The notes under the pieces were generated by a model, which saw nothing but the letters and a program-made list of their open reading frames with translations, did no database searches and was not told the DNA's origin. Shown here piece after piece: positions 1-25,335 of a stretch of 64,000 nt of DNA. The stretch is from the human T2T-CHM13v2.0 reference genome, Homo sapiens. The stretch lies in assembly GCF_009914755.1 (NCBI RefSeq), contig NC_060928.1. One strand, 5' to 3'. The first letter of the stretch is position 1. Each line of letters starts with the position of its first letter. The translations under genes were made by a program, and so were the position numbers.

Positions 1-59
1 GGAAGCTGTATGTTACGATCCTGGTGGGATGGTCCTTCACAGTCATCCTTCACAGTCAT

Positions 60-480
60 CAGGTGAGCAGACATCAAACTCAGAACAGCCAGGGATTGAG
101 AAGATGAGCAACAGTGGGACTCCTCATACAATGCTGGTGAAACATCATTTATTACACCTGTTTTGAGAGAAATTTGGCAAGATCTAGTGAAATTGAAGAT
201 GTGCCTTTTTTTCTCTTACAGTTTTACTCCTAGATATTTACCCTAGAGTAATTTTGCCCTTGCACGCAGAGAGACCACAGTGTCCAAAACCAAAAAGCTA
301 CCCAGTGACAGACTATGGTATGTTCCTACAGTGTAACTACACATCAATTAAAGTGAACTCATTGGATGTCAAAGCAGAAACAAATTGCTGAAGGGTATGC
401 AGATTCTATCACTTGTGTAGTTTGAAAAGGGCCACATACCCACAACTGAGTTTAACTTATCCCTTTCTCTGCGTCCATCT
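60..480 (+). mobile_element. Highly degraded old L1 (L1ME-like) fragment
   Basis: Remnant L1 3' motifs (e.g. actcctagatatttaccctagag, aatttggcaagatctagtgaaattgaagatgtgc). Confidence 0.5.
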
Positions 481-610
481 AAAAAGTGTAAGTGGGCAGC
501 TGTGAAGGTATGTGCCTCTCTCCAGGAGCCAAGAGGTCTATCCAGGCAGGAGCCATTAACACCTGGTGGAGTAGCTGTGGTCATTGTTGGATATAAAATG
601 ATACAAAGCA

Positions 611-713
611 GGCCAGGCGCAAGGTGGGAGGATCACTTGAATCCAGGAGTTTGAGACCAGCCTGGGCAACATAGCAAGATCTTATCTCTACCAAAAATAA
701 AAATAAAATAAAA
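611..713 (+). mobile_element. Alu monomer fragment (FLAM/AluJ-like)
   Basis: aggagtttgagaccagcctgggcaacatagcaaga plus A-rich tail. Confidence 0.8.
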
Positions 714-1147
714 TGGTATAAAGTAATCAGCAATGTGTGTACAGCCACCGTTTCAGGCATGTTGGGGGAGGGTGCAGTGGCAAGCTCTGAATGGACACTC
801 CAGTGTTTGACAGCTAGGCCTGCGCAGGGTTGGTGAGGTGCTGTATGCTCTTGGGCCCTGGAAGCAGGGTAAGGCGGTGTCGGGTGGGAACCGCCCCGTC
901 AGCCACTCTGGTATGTTGCTCGGCTGTGTCTCTACAACCTGTTCACTAGTTTGGAATTGTGAAAAAAATGGGTACCTGAGAATTGAAGCCACTGTCCAAA
1001 GACCACCCTATTGGCTTTTTGGGACCCAAATTGATCTCAGATGGTCCTTCTAGTGCTAAGAAATGTGCTAAAAATGAAAGTCTGGATTGGCACTATACTA
1101 AAAGTAATATAAAACCAAACTGAAGGTATACAGTTAAAACTGAGTTC

Positions 1148-1456
1148 TGGGCAGAGTGCAGTGGCTCACACCTGTAATCCCAGCACCTTGGGAGGCCGAG
1201 GAGGGTAGGATGCTTGAGGTTGGTAGTTTGAGAACAGCCTGGGCAACACAGTGAGACTCTCATCTCTACAAAAAAAAAAACAAAACAAAACAAGAAAATT
1301 AACGGGGCATGATGGTGCACACTTGTAGTCTTAGTTACTCAGGAAGCTGAGGCAGGAGGACCACTTGAGCCTGGAAGGTCGAGGCTGCAGTGAGCCATCA
1401 TTGCGCCACTGCACTCCAGTTTGGATGACAGAGCGAGACCCTGTCAAAGCAAAAAC
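1148..1456 (+). mobile_element. AluJ-like SINE
   Basis: Dimeric Alu consensus motifs with A-rich linker. Confidence 0.88.
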
Positions 1457-1889
1457 TACAAAAAATTGAGCTCTGTGTTAATGTCCAACACTCTGCCCTG
1501 CCCACCCCTGGTTCCTGATGTAAGGCCCATGGGGCCTCCCTTCCCTCCCCTGGACTCTGGCTGGGTGGTTTTGAAGAATTTTCTGTTATCGGAAAAGCAA
1601 TGACTATTAGGATGCTCTTTAACTGTTCTGTAATAAGCAATTCTAAACTTGAGGAAGCTCCTCCCTGCTTCCATCTGTAACCTAGGTCTTTCTACATTGT
1701 TTTTTATTTTTCGGGAGTGCTGGTGCACACAAGGATGGTTTTTGTTGGCTTGTCAGTTAACCAATGGCCAACCCTTGAGGGATAGAGTCAGGTGGAACTT
1801 CCTTGCTGCTTTCTGTGCCTTCCTTTTCTAGGGTCCCTAGATGTAAGGCTGACTTCAGGACTTTTTGTTGCTACTTGCTGACTCTTTAG

Positions 1890-3289
<1,400 letters not shown>

Positions 3290-3393
3290 TGAGTTTTTAA
3301 TTTTTAAAGGCTTTTCTACCTTTCCTGATCCTAATTTTTACACATCCATTAGATTGGAACCAGTGCTTTATGTCAGTTCTTTTTACATGCCTT

Positions 3394-3895
3394 GGTATTA
3401 GTTATCTATTGTTGCATAACATGTTACCTCAAAACTTAGTGGCTGAAAACAACAACATGCATTTACTGTCTCACAGTTTCTGTGGGCCAGGAATTTGGCA
3501 ACCGCTTAGCTTAGTGGTTCTGCCTTAGGGTCTCTTGAAGTTGCATTTAAGATGTTACCTGGGGCTACATCATCCTAAGGCTTGACTGATGCTGGAGGAT
3601 CTGCTTCCAGGGTACCTTCTCTCACTCATGCTGCTGGCAGGAGGCCTCGGTCCTTCACCATGTGGCCCTCTCCACAGGGCTGCTGGTGTGTCCTCACAAC
3701 ATGATGGGGGCTGGCTTTCTCCAGAGTAAGTGATCCAAGAAAGAGCAAGGTGGATATCTTTTATGCCCTACACTTGGAGTCATATGCAACCATTTCTGCA
3801 CTATGTTATTGACTACGCCGTAAGCAGTAGTGGGGGCTTGAGCTCTAGGAGGCAGGGCTCACAGAGGGGTTGGGGGTCGTCTTGGAGGGTGGATA
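3394..3895. mobile_element. MLT1-family (ERVL-MaLR) solo LTR remnant
   Basis: Typical end gtattagttatctattgttgcataac...aaaacttagtggctgaaaacaaca...tctcacagtttctgtgggccaggaatttgg. Confidence 0.75.
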
Positions 3896-3954
3896 CCTAA
3901 ACATTCTTCGCTGAATCCTGAAAGCAAAAGAAAACTCTAAAAAGATGTTGGGGG

Positions 3955-4339
<385 letters not shown>

Positions 4340-4414
4340 TTACGTTGGCAATGTTTTAGTCAGCTGTGGGATTGTGGAAATTTGGTTTTCCATGTTTTTT
4401 TGGTATGTTTTAAA

Positions 4415-4720
4415 TTTTTATTTATTTTTGAGACAGAATCTTACTGTTTCCCAGGCTGGAATGCAGTGGTGCAATCATAGGTCACTGCAGCCCTGAGCTC
4501 CAAGGCTGCAGTGATGCTTCCACCTCCACTTCCCAAGTAGCTGTGACTACAGGCACTTGCCACCATACCCAACTAATTTAAAAATAATTTCTTTTTTTTT
4601 TTTTTTCAAACACGATCTTTCTCTGTTGCCTAGGCTGGTCTCAAACTCCTGGCCTCAAGTGATCTTCCCACTTAGGCCTCCGAAAATGTTGGGATTATAG
4701 GCATGAGCCATGTGTCCAGC
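4415..4720 (-). mobile_element. AluJ-like SINE
   Basis: Antisense Alu motifs. Confidence 0.85.
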
Positions 4721-4756
4721 TTGTTTTTTGATATGTTAAGAATAAAGAAGTGGCCA

Positions 4757-4965
4757 CTATTGAGTGCTTATCACATGTCAGATACCTTGCCAGTATGTTA
4801 TTGTACAAAAGTATATCTAGTACTCCTCAGAATCACCTTATAAGGTAAATATAAATTATCTCTGCTTTATAGCTGGCTAACCTGAGCTTAAAAGTTGTAA
4901 GGTTTCAGTGAGATGATGCAGTCAGGAAGTAGGAGAATTGGGACCTGACCCTAATTGTGTGTGAG
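4757..4965. mobile_element. MIR remnant
   Basis: tattgagtgcttatcacatgtcag...accttataaggtaaat...ttatctctgctttatag resembles the MIR core. Confidence 0.5.
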
Positions 4966-5107
4966 CATGCGCTTTTGTGTTTTTAGAACTCGTAACCATC
5001 ATACCATACAGTTTCACCGTGAAGCTCGGAGACGTTAATGAGGAGTCATTGCTCTGTTAACCTCAGATGATGATGACACTTTCCTGGCTTCCCCGCAGAA
5101 GCCGTCT

Positions 5108-5160
5108 GTGGTGGCTGTCTTGTGAGGCGTGGTGGCTGTCTTGTGAGGCGAGGTGGCTGC
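5108..5160 (+). repeat. 21-bp tandem repeat, ~2.5 copies
   Basis: (gtggtggctgtcttgtgaggc) x2 plus partial gaggtggctgc. Confidence 0.85.
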
Positions 5161-6021
5161 AGGGCGCTTGTGACTCTGCTTTGACGAAGCAGTAAAGGAC
5201 ACTGTTAGCATTCATCCTAACTGGGGGCTCTGGAGTCATGGTGGGTGATGGGGTGCCAGGGGCAGAGGTGGGTGGGAGGGCAGCAGGCCCGTGAAGGAAT
5301 GTGCTGTGTTTGAGGAGGTGAGAGGCAGATGTGTTGTGGATCCGAAGCCCTGTGCAGAAACTTCCACTGGTTGAAGAGCTGAGGCCCTTGGAGCTTGAAG
5401 AGTTGGGAGTGAGTGGGCTCATGGAGTGAGTCATGGCAGCAATCAGGGTAGGGCCTGCTGGGTTGGGAGGGGTGTGGCAGGAGTAGGCATATGCAGGGCT
5501 GGGGACAGGGACCCCACAGGGAACACTGGTGGAGTGCTGGGGGTCAGAGCCAGACCCAGAACTGCAGAAGGTGTCCTCAAGGTGGGAGGTCCCAGGCAGT
5601 TAGGCTGGGGGTGTCTGCAGGTTGTCTAGAGAGGTGGTGGGTGGGCATTGGTGGGTGTTGGTGTCCAGGCCAGGGTGAGGACAAGAGGGAGTGGAGCACA
5701 TGACTCATCCAGGCAACAAGAGGGCAACAAGAGCCTCCCATGGTGGGGCCATGGGAGGCTATAAGAAGCCGTCTGTGGTGACTGTCTTGGGAGGAGGGGT
5801 TTGGGTTTGGGGGCAGAGGTTACCTGTATTGGCTGGGCAGGTGGTAGGTCCAGGTGGTAATGGTAACCAACCAACATTAACCTGATGGTTCCTTACCACT
5901 GCCAGGTGGAGTGTTACTGCCCCCGTTTCACAGAGTGGAGGCAGAGACAGTGCCTTCACTTGCCGAAGTCCACAGAACTACCCAGTAGAGGAGCCAGCAT
6001 CAGAGCTGGTTGGTGCCGAGC

Positions 6022-6260
6022 CAGTCAGCAGACTTTCCAAAGGGCTGGTGAGCAGTGAGGGCTCTGTTCTGACTGCTCAGCTCTGCTGTTGTGGCAGGAA
6101 GACAGCCATGGGCAGCATGGGAACAAATGCATGGGGCTGACATCCAGTAAAACTTTGTGGGCACTGTTGTTTGAATTTCCTGTAATTTTTGTGTCATGAA
6201 ATATTATGATGTTTTTCAGACATTGAACAGAAACAGGTGGTGGGTTACACCTGGCTGGCT
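6022..6260. mobile_element. MER58-like hAT-Charlie DNA transposon remnant
   Basis: tcagctctgctgttgtggcagga...cagccat...ccagtaaaacttt...tttgaatttcctgtaattttttgtgtcatgaaatattat. Confidence 0.6.
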
Positions 6261-6299
6261 GGCATTAGTGTGTCAGCCCTGTGCCCTGCTCTCGAGATC

Positions 6300-6582
6300 C
6301 GTGGCTCTCGGACTTGGGGACACATTAGCAACCCCTGGGAAACCTTTAACTCACTGAGGCCAGACCCGGTGGGTTGGGTTGATCTTGGGTGGGACCTAAG
6401 CACCATAGGATTTCAAACCCCCAGGTTATTACCAGGTGGAGCGAAGTCCCCAGGATCAGACTTCGGTGTGTCTGCGGATCATCCTAGAGACCTTGTGAAA
6501 GTGCAGATTCCTGGTAGGCAGGTTGGGGTGGGGCCCGGGAGTCTGCATTTCTAGCATGCTCCGGGTGCTGATGCTGGCAGCC
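6300..6582. mobile_element. MER5A-like hAT-Charlie remnants
   Basis: cttgtgaaagtgcagattcctgg...ggggtggggcccgggagtctgcatttctagca. Confidence 0.55.
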
Positions 6583-7058
6583 CTGGTGTGGCTGGAGGGT
6601 AGGGAAGCCTCGTCTTTTGGCTGTGCAAGGTTGTCTCCGTGTGCTGGCCTGGGCTGTGACAGAAGCCAGCTCGCACTCCTTGGTGTGTGCCTTCACCCCT
6701 GCCCAGGGCCTGTACCTGAAAGACGAGGGTAGGTGCTGCCCAGTGAGGACACTGAGCTGAGCCCACCTCCATGTTCAGGGGCAGCGTTCCTGTGGCACTG
6801 GCTCTACAGCTAATTTTTCAGGGGTGCCTAGAGGCTGGGTCTTAAGTGAGTTAGTGGTTTTGGAAAAGTATATATATATTTTTATCATTTATCATTTCCA
6901 ACATTTACAGAAGTAGAGTTGAATTGTTTTCACTGGCACTATTCTAATTTATGAGTTTTCATTGAGTCACAGCATCAGTTAAGCACTACTTTTCTTTGAA
7001 GCTTTTATGGACATAGTTCCACGATGTGGGAATAAAAATGCGACACACTAAGTTCTAA

Positions 7059-7349
<291 letters not shown>

Positions 7350-8667
7350 TGAGCTCTGATCTTGGAACCGTAGGGAAGTGTGTCCACTCTCCCTGTTTCT
7401 GACCCGTGGGGTTTGGGCCAGCGGTCCAAGTGCGTGTGGTCACAGTAAAAACAGCTTCTGCCATCTGCGTTTACTGGCTTATGAGAGCTATTCAATGTAG
7501 TGCCTTCTGGCCTGTGGCTCCCTTGCTCTCCTACCCAAGTTGAGCAGCCACTGTGGTCACTGCTGCTGATGGGGCTGTGTGAAGAGAGGACACAAGAAGG
7601 AAGGGGAGGGAAGGTCGTCTCTTGGATTCCAGGCTTACATGATGTGGTAGGGTCAGCCTTCAGGCCTGTGACTTCCGAGGAGGCAGCACTTTTCTTGCTT
7701 CTGAGAGCAATCCTCCTGGTTTCGGCTGTAGTCTGCACCTTACAGGGGTCCGGAGTGTGGGCAGCTCCTGGCTTGTTTGCCTGAGAGCTCATAGGGCAAG
7801 AAGGGTGACTGGACTGACCTTGAATTCAGGTATCCTTTGGTCCTTCCTAGGCCTTCGGCTTAAAAAAACCAAAAGTGCTAGTTTGCTTTGGGCAGTGGCA
7901 AGAGGAGGGAGAGCTGACATTGTAAGATTTGAAGATGTGTAACAGTGGTTAGATTTGTGATAAATATGTGCTTGGATGTAAATTGTGGAAAACTGAGATT
8001 TGAATGTAAAAATAACTGACATATTAGGGTATCAATTTAAAATTAAAAAAAAAAGTACTGTATATCTGAAGAGTCATCATTGAGGAGCTTTGGAGAGTCC
8101 AAACATAAAGTGTTTCAAGACTCACCTAAAGGGAAGTCGGGGCCCAGAAGCGAAAGGGTCTGGCCACATGTGCCTGCTGTCACCTTTCTCTTTCTCAGAT
8201 GTTTTCATCTTGATTTAGGTGTTTCTAGATCTCTTCATCAGCTATCTCATTAATCTTGAATTTGTTCAACTTCCTCAGTGTTCATTGCAAATACTATAAT
8301 TTAGAATAGCAAGGATATTTAGGACTTGTATATTTTCTTTAAAAGAAAATATACCTCACTCTATCAGTACACTAAATTTAGAGACGTGTTCCTTTTAAAT
8401 GACTGGCTTATTTAAAAATGAGCCAGCTCTTCCTGAAGCCAGATTCAGCTTACCCTCGAAGTGTAAGCATAAATTTGATTGTGTTATATTTTGCTGAGTG
8501 CTTAGTGGATAGAAGTGACAGTTGAGTTTCTGCCCACAGTGTGTGTCAGGTGTATGCAGGTTCTTGGGTGTCCTTTAATCCTGACTTTCAGGTGACCCTG
8601 GTGCTAACAACTAGGATGGCGCACCACATCATTGTCACGCGCCCATGACCTCAGTGTTAGAAATCTA

Positions 8668-9336
<669 letters not shown>

Positions 9337-9861
9337 TCATCCTGGATGAATGGAGAGGTGCTCAGGAGGTGCTGTGTCGAGGATGTGCTGTGTCAAGGAC
9401 CTCGCCTGTGGGAAAGCGAGGCGCGGGGCTGGCTTTGTGCTCACGAACGGGTGTTCTGAAGGCAGACCTGCCTGAGGGGGGCCTCGAGAGTTTGGCTGGC
9501 TGTGCCATGTGGTGCCTATGCTTGGCAGTGCCTGAGCAGGTCCTGCTGCCGAGCATTCCACGGGCTTCTTCCCCAGACTGCCTTTGCACCAGCCTGCAGT
9601 GGTGTGGCCAGGAGTGGGCTTCACGAGGGCTGCTTGCCTGGCCCCCATCACACCAGGCTGGAACTGCAGCTGGTGAGGGCCCCCACGCTTTGGCTGCTGA
9701 CTCTTCTTGCGCATTGGGCTCAGGCCTAGACCTGAGGTGAGGCTCTGTGAATGCATTGGCAGCAGGGCACGGACACTTACTTGTACCTCTGCCTGAGGCC
9801 TTGCTGGACCCTGTGGAGCTGAGCACTCTTTTGCTGGTGTCTCCTGTCCCAACAGTAGTGA

Positions 9862-10213
<352 letters not shown>

Positions 10214-10549
10214 CTGCAAGATGTTTTATGAAGAGTCCATTAATAAAAACCCTGAACCCCTCCGTAAAGCAGTCATGCAAATGATAATATTGGATTTATA
10301 TTTAAAATAAACATTGGCATGTTGAAATTAATCATCTCTGTAGAATTTGCACTTACACCTTACCGTCTTAGGTTGATATTGTTTGGATGCCTTAGGTCTT
10401 GGATTAACTGCTATTCCTGGGAACACCTAACACATGGAACAGCTGAGCAAACATGGAGGAAGCCCTTAATTTACATATATAAATGTTGTGTTACTACTTA
10501 ACATGTTTAAGGAAATGTTTAAAAAGTAGCAAGTTGTTTTTTTTTTTAA

Positions 10550-10920
<371 letters not shown>

Positions 10921-10937
10921 TAAAATACTGGGCTATC

Positions 10938-11031
10938 AGGAGGCAGAGGTTGCAGTGAGCTGAGATTGTGCCATTACACTCCAGCCTGAGCTACAAGAGC
11001 GAAACTCCATCTCAAAAATAAATAAATAGAT
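10938..11031 (+). mobile_element. 5'-truncated Alu right-arm fragment, TSD-like aaaatactggg
   Basis: caggaggcagaggttgcagtgagc...ccatctcaaaaataaataaa between direct repeats. Confidence 0.8.
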
Positions 11032-11074
11032 AAAATACTGGGTTATATTTAAATTTAATGCTTTAATACATTAA

Positions 11075-11475
<401 letters not shown>

Positions 11476-11513
11476 TCACCAGTTTTTTTGTTGTAAAGAG
11501 ATTTGATCTGTAA

Positions 11514-11945
<432 letters not shown>

Positions 11946-12095
11946 TGAGAAAGGCTGCTTGCAGGTTCTTACCCTCCAGGGGTGTTATCACAGAAACCGA
12001 TGGTGTGTTGCTCTGCAAGAAAACAGACATCCAAATGCTTTGAGTAATACTTGTTTTTTAGATTGGACAAAATTGTCACTAAAAATAACCTCTTT

Positions 12096-12420
<325 letters not shown>

Positions 12421-12860
12421 CTATAGGGCTTATTATTCAGGATGTAAGTAATGAACTGGCATCAAAGTCCATTAGAGATATGTGTTACATGTCAATAAAA
12501 AGTCAACAGTTCATTAAAGGCAATGAACCTAGATTTTATTTAGTTTATTAGTAATTCATGTTATTGTTTACTGAATGGGAATACTAAACAGGCTGTGCAG
12601 GAAAAGTGCAGCATAGATACAAAGCCAGCCCCGGGTCCTTGTGCTCCTCGCTTACTGCCAGCATGTGTCCAGGGACAGAGTTTGCCTGGTACCTGCAGGG
12701 GAGTGAAACCAACCAAGGAAACACCGGGTTATTCTGTCTAGCGTATGGTGCCCATGCATGTAGAAGACGTGAGCCCTTTTCCTAGTGTATGAAGTGGTGC
12801 CATTCATTTCAACTGTCTCAGATGTCCGGTTAACTTTTTCATGAACTGAGACTTTAATTA

Positions 12861-13250
<390 letters not shown>

Positions 13251-13572
13251 TCATCCTGTTTTTCACTGATCTGAGTTAAAATGCTCTTTTTATTTCAAAG
13301 AATGGAAAATACATCTCACATATTGCTAAGGTGTAAATATGTGGACACCATATCATTTACCTTATTTCTTTAAACTTGTATTTGTAGTTGAGAGGAGCAG
13401 GCAGGCCCTGCGCCATTTTTCTGGCCCACAGAACATTCTTCTGGGGCACCTGCCATAGGTGAGGTTGTTGAGTGATCAAGTGTTCAGCAGTAAGCTAGGT
13501 CAGATTCACCTGTAGTCACTAAGGTTTGTAGTTACCAGGAAGCCTGCACTTAACATTTGCTCTGGTCACCTA

Positions 13573-13941
<369 letters not shown>

Positions 13942-14968
13942 TAAATGTTATACCTAAAAAATACATGACCCTAGACACTCAGAATACCAAAATTCACATT
14001 AAGTGGCTAGTAATGTTTTATTAGCTCCTATCTCAGGAGATAGCACATGATAAAAAGAAGTAATGGTGTCTTGTCTCTTCAGATTTGGGTTTTATAAACC
14101 TGAGCCAAACCACATATGACACCCAATGTGCACTGAGCACTTCTGACATGCTAGGCACTGTCCCAAGTGCATTCTCCTGTCGCCTTGTCCATGATCCTCT
14201 GGATTCCACCTCACCGCATCCTGTCTCACTGGCTCTGGTTCCAGGCAGGTGGGTGAGATGGAGTATGAGTGCAGGAGTGGCAAGTCATTCCCTGGGCAGC
14301 GCTGCTCTAGTGCTATGGGGACAGGACAGTTTTCAGCCACACCTTTCAGAATCTCAGCCCTTGAGAAAAGCTTCATGATCCCTTCTCCCATTTCTTGCTT
14401 TTCTCAGTTGTGACATGTTTTACTGATGATCTTTGTTCATTAGGTGTATCTGGTGTTTGTCTAAAAATTGGAAATCCTCAGTATAGTGATACTAGTAATG
14501 TTGGTCCTGACTTAGCAGGGCTGAGTCTAACTTGATTGGGCACCTCTTGAATGGAAGGATCCATTTTTCTCATGTTCATCCTCTGCTTTGGGTTCAGTGG
14601 AGAGTCTAGGTGCATGTTCAATAAGACTCGTATCAGGTGTCTTAACCACATGACTGCAGCGGGTCTTGGCGTGGCCCCACCCACCTCGCCCTCCTGACAG
14701 ATGCGAGAGCGGGAGGTGCGAAGAAAGAATCAGTCCAGATTGTGAAAAAAGTCTGAGATTGGGCAACCATGGATGACTTATGTGTGGAACACATTTCCAA
14801 AGGAAGAAGTTTCTGCCACGAAACTTTTCAGCAACCTGTGTTCATTCACATGAGGAGATTTTTTTTCCTTTCTTTTCCTTTTGTTGTTCTTTTTCTTTTT
14901 TTTTCCTTTTTTTCTTTTCTTTTTTTTTTCTTTCTTTTTTTTTTTTTTTTTTTTTTTTTAAATAATAG

Positions 14969-15115
<147 letters not shown>

Positions 15116-15719
15116 TGAGAGTGTGAAAGGGGAAGGCTGGGGCTGGTGAAGGGGAACAGGGCAGGGGAGGAATCCACAATTAAGCTAGGAGTGAAAAAGA
15201 AGGAAAGGAGGTTCTCCTGTGGTTGAAAACTAAACTGTTTTAATGTGTATGTTATTTTGAAGGGTTTGGCTAAATTTTATTGAAGTTACTTTTTACTTGG
15301 CTCTATTATTTGCAATTTAAAATTTTACTAGAAAAGTGATTTCAACCAGAAGTTTTCAGGTTTCTTACTTGATGGTGCCAGTTGCTACTGTAAATTCTGT
15401 CACCCTTCAGTACCCTGACCCTCTGCATGTAAGCTAACAGTAAGGGCTCGTTATTTATATTTCACATGCTAAAGAAACTAGCTTAAAACCTTTATGAAAA
15501 ATAATTGTCAAAAAAATAAGAGGGGAAATTACACTTCCTTTTACCTTTTAGTTATCTTTTTGAAATACCTGTTTGATCCCTTATTGAAGAAGTCATACCT
15601 TCTCCAACTCTTAATTAAAAGGAAAACAAAACCCTGGGGAGGAGAGTGGCAATGGCTCTGTTTTTCTTGTTTTGCATGAGGTGCTTGACTGGCTTTTAAA
15701 AATCAGTTAAACAGACTTT

Positions 15720-16045
15720 AAAAAAAAAAAAAGACATGAGCAATTGGACATTTGAACGCTAGCTGATGATATAAGAGCATTGTTACTTTTAAGTGTGGGA
15801 GTAGCATTGTGGTTATATGTAAGACTTTATGTTTAGAGATTTGTGCTAAACTTCTTATGGATGAAATGATATGTCTGGGATTTGCTTCAGAATAATCTGG
15901 CAGGGGGACGTGGAACCAGGTATGGATAGAGCCACGCTGGCCCCAGGTTGATGTTTTTGGGGGCCAAGTAGCGAGGACATGGGGTTCATTGTACAGTTTG
16001 TCTGCTTTTGTTTATGTTCAGATTTTTCCATGATAGAAAGTTAAG
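15720..16045 (+). mobile_element. Old L1 (L1MC/L1MD-like) 3'-end fragment
   Basis: atggatgaaatgatatgtctgggatttgcttcagaataatctgg...ggggttcattgtac...tgcttttgtttatgttc resembles L1M 3' UTR. Confidence 0.65.
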
Positions 16046-16143
16046 CCAGAAGGACAAAGGAATTCAGAAGATTCATCTTTAGAACTTCACTTATTTGAGG
16101 GGTAATTTTTAAGCAGTAAAAAGATCAAGGGTTTATGATTTGA

Positions 16144-16302
<159 letters not shown>

Positions 16303-18856
16303 TAATAATAATAACGATAACCATGGCATTGGTATGAAGGCCATTTAGCTGCCCACGCTGCAGTGTGAGTAATGCTCAGACTTCATAAGCGCAGCATTGG
16401 TGCTCACTGCCAGTGCAGATGTTTTAGGGCCTCTTGGCTAACTCAGATTCATGAAATGGACAAACAGTGCACTATGTTAGTTTATTTGAGCACTTTTTAT
16501 ACACACGCACACAGTGTCTGTGTACATGTACAGATATACTTCAGTCTTGATGCAGTTTCATAGTTCTTAAAATCTGTCTGAAGAATGTTGTGTTCTGTGT
16601 AGCCCTCACACTGTAAGAGTTCACATGGAAGTAAGTCTGCGTTGGTTCTGAAAGGGCACAGTGTCAGTTGAGCTGACATATACTGGGTGGGGTGGAAGGC
16701 GACTCACACACCACACCTGATTCCTGTTGCTTCCAGACCTAGGCTCATGGAGGAAGCCAAAGATTTCTTTGTTCTCATGCATTTCATGGCTTTGGTCCTT
16801 TAAATTCTGGCACATTTTTAGTTACTTGAGTGTTGAGGTGAGTCAGAACTACCATTGTAATATGACTCCTGTGTTCTGGACTTGCAGAGTACATGATAGC
16901 AAAATAAAGCCATTTGGGGCTGCTGCCTGCCATCATTGTAACATGACACTTAGACTTTATTATCAAACCTAAATTTTTTGCCGTTGCCAAAAACAACAAA
17001 TAGCCACAGAACGTAGGTGTGACACTTTTTTGTTCGGAGGTAGTTTTGGTTTCCTGATTTTTAGGGATTACCTTCATAGAGCTTTGGAGTTTTAATTTCT
17101 TGTTATTTGGTTCTCCGTGATGCTGTTTTTCTCATTGTAGACATGGGTCCTGTTTTTGTCATGTTTATGAGGAGATGATAACTGGGGGCCCTTTTGGAAC
17201 AGGGTAGTGAGGCAAGGGTTGGACAGGCCCCTTACTCTTGCTGAGTCAGAAGGCGGCACTTCTGGCCAGGTCTCTGCCATGGTCCCCAGGAAGGATGGGG
17301 TGTGCCTCAGTTGTTTCCACTCATTAGAGGAGTGTAGGCCTTCCAGTGCAGGAAGGTCAGGGACCTAGGCAACCTGGGCGGGGCTCATAGAGCTCTGCGG
17401 CTTGCCACTCTGAATCCTCAGCGACCACTCCTCCGAGTGGGATTTTCTGCAGGGACTCAAACCAACTCAGTGGTGGTCGAGACCTGTTCACGGATGGTGG
17501 GACTGGGGCTGCTTTACAGTTTGATACGTGTAGATAATTAAGCATTTTGTGATGTTTGGACACACTGGAGAAAAGGCAGTAAGAATTATTTACTGAAACA
17601 TCTAGGAGCTTACTGAAATATGAAAAGGCAAATTTTATACAAATTATTTTTCCTTTTTCCTTTCTTTCTTGTCCAAGTTCAGGTTAAAATCTTAGAAAAT
17701 TAAATGAAAGGTCATTTACAGTTCCAAAGAAGAATATTAAACATTTTTCACTTAAGTTGAGATTTTTGCTTTAAAGAGCTTTTAATGAGTTTTTCTGTTA
17801 TCATAATTTTGGTCCGGTTATTCACTTGAGTTGTTGCTTATACTGTTGTCAGGTACAGTAGAGAGAACATGGAGCCTGCTGAGATCTTCTCTGTTATTCC
17901 TGATCCTAAGTCATGTATATCGAAGGCTTTGATTTAGAGTAATGCATGAGGCCAGTGTAGCGGGGTCGAGGCCTGCCCATGAGTCAGGGGAGCTCAGTCT
18001 CCCTGGCCTAGGCAGTTGTCCTGACCTTGAGAAGACATAGATGAAGCATTTTATCATCATTAGACTTAAATTTTAATTCTTCAGAATGTCAGAAGTTGAT
18101 AGGTTGTTAAATACATTTATATAATACATTAAATATGTGAAATTAATACACCTTCCTACATTTTGAAGGTGATGCATAGATCCCATAGTGTGCATCATGT
18201 TCCTTATATGAAAACGTTTAAATTACTGGGTCTTTTCCATTAAACTACTTTTGTATGGCTTAGATAAATCTTCCATTAGTGTTCATTTTTATAGAATTAT
18301 GCTGTTAAAACTACTTTAGGTGAACAAATAAACTTGTCTATTATATATTAACGCGACTGAACTACAGTAAATGTTTGTGATGTTTCCAATGCTGAATGCC
18401 TGTTAGCATATGAGGCAAAGTGTAGTGTTATAAAAAACAGCCTGTTGACTGCTGGGCCCGATTCTGATATGAGTTAGGTGACCATGAGAATTGCTGTTTG
18501 AGGTCCACACTGACACACACCCATTGGGTCACACCCCCTTTGCATGTTTGTATTTCCTCCCTTTCATCACATTTGTTTGAAATAAGGTACTTTTATAGGG
18601 TTGGTATTTCAGAACACTTTAGGTCATGTTGTAGTTTAAATTCTTCTTGAAAAAGGTATATGTGATAAATAAAAATTTTTATTGGAATAATTATTACATG
18701 GTACTACATCACCCTGAGGAAGAGAATAAATTAAAATTACACACTTGCATGACAAAGGCCTGTGAAGGAATTAATGTGATTTAAGTGTTTTGTAACTTCA
18801 TTTTTTATTCCTTTAGTAGAGCAAATTCTTATTTTTTTCGCCTTCACTGGTAACAG

Positions 18857-18919
18857 CTTTTGTGGGAGCCCACACCAGTCAAGTTGGATTTGAACCCAGC
18901 TGCTCTGTACTGCACTTAG
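18857..18919 (+). CDS. NSD2: NSD2 alternative last exon, coding part of short isoform MMSET-I
   Basis: aacag|CTT TTG TGG...ACT TAG = LLWEPTPVKLDLNPAALYCT*; 627+20 = 647 aa, the known MMSET-I length. Confidence 0.9.
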   Translation, partial: LLWEPTPVKLDLNPAALYCT

Positions 18920-25335
<6,416 letters not shown>

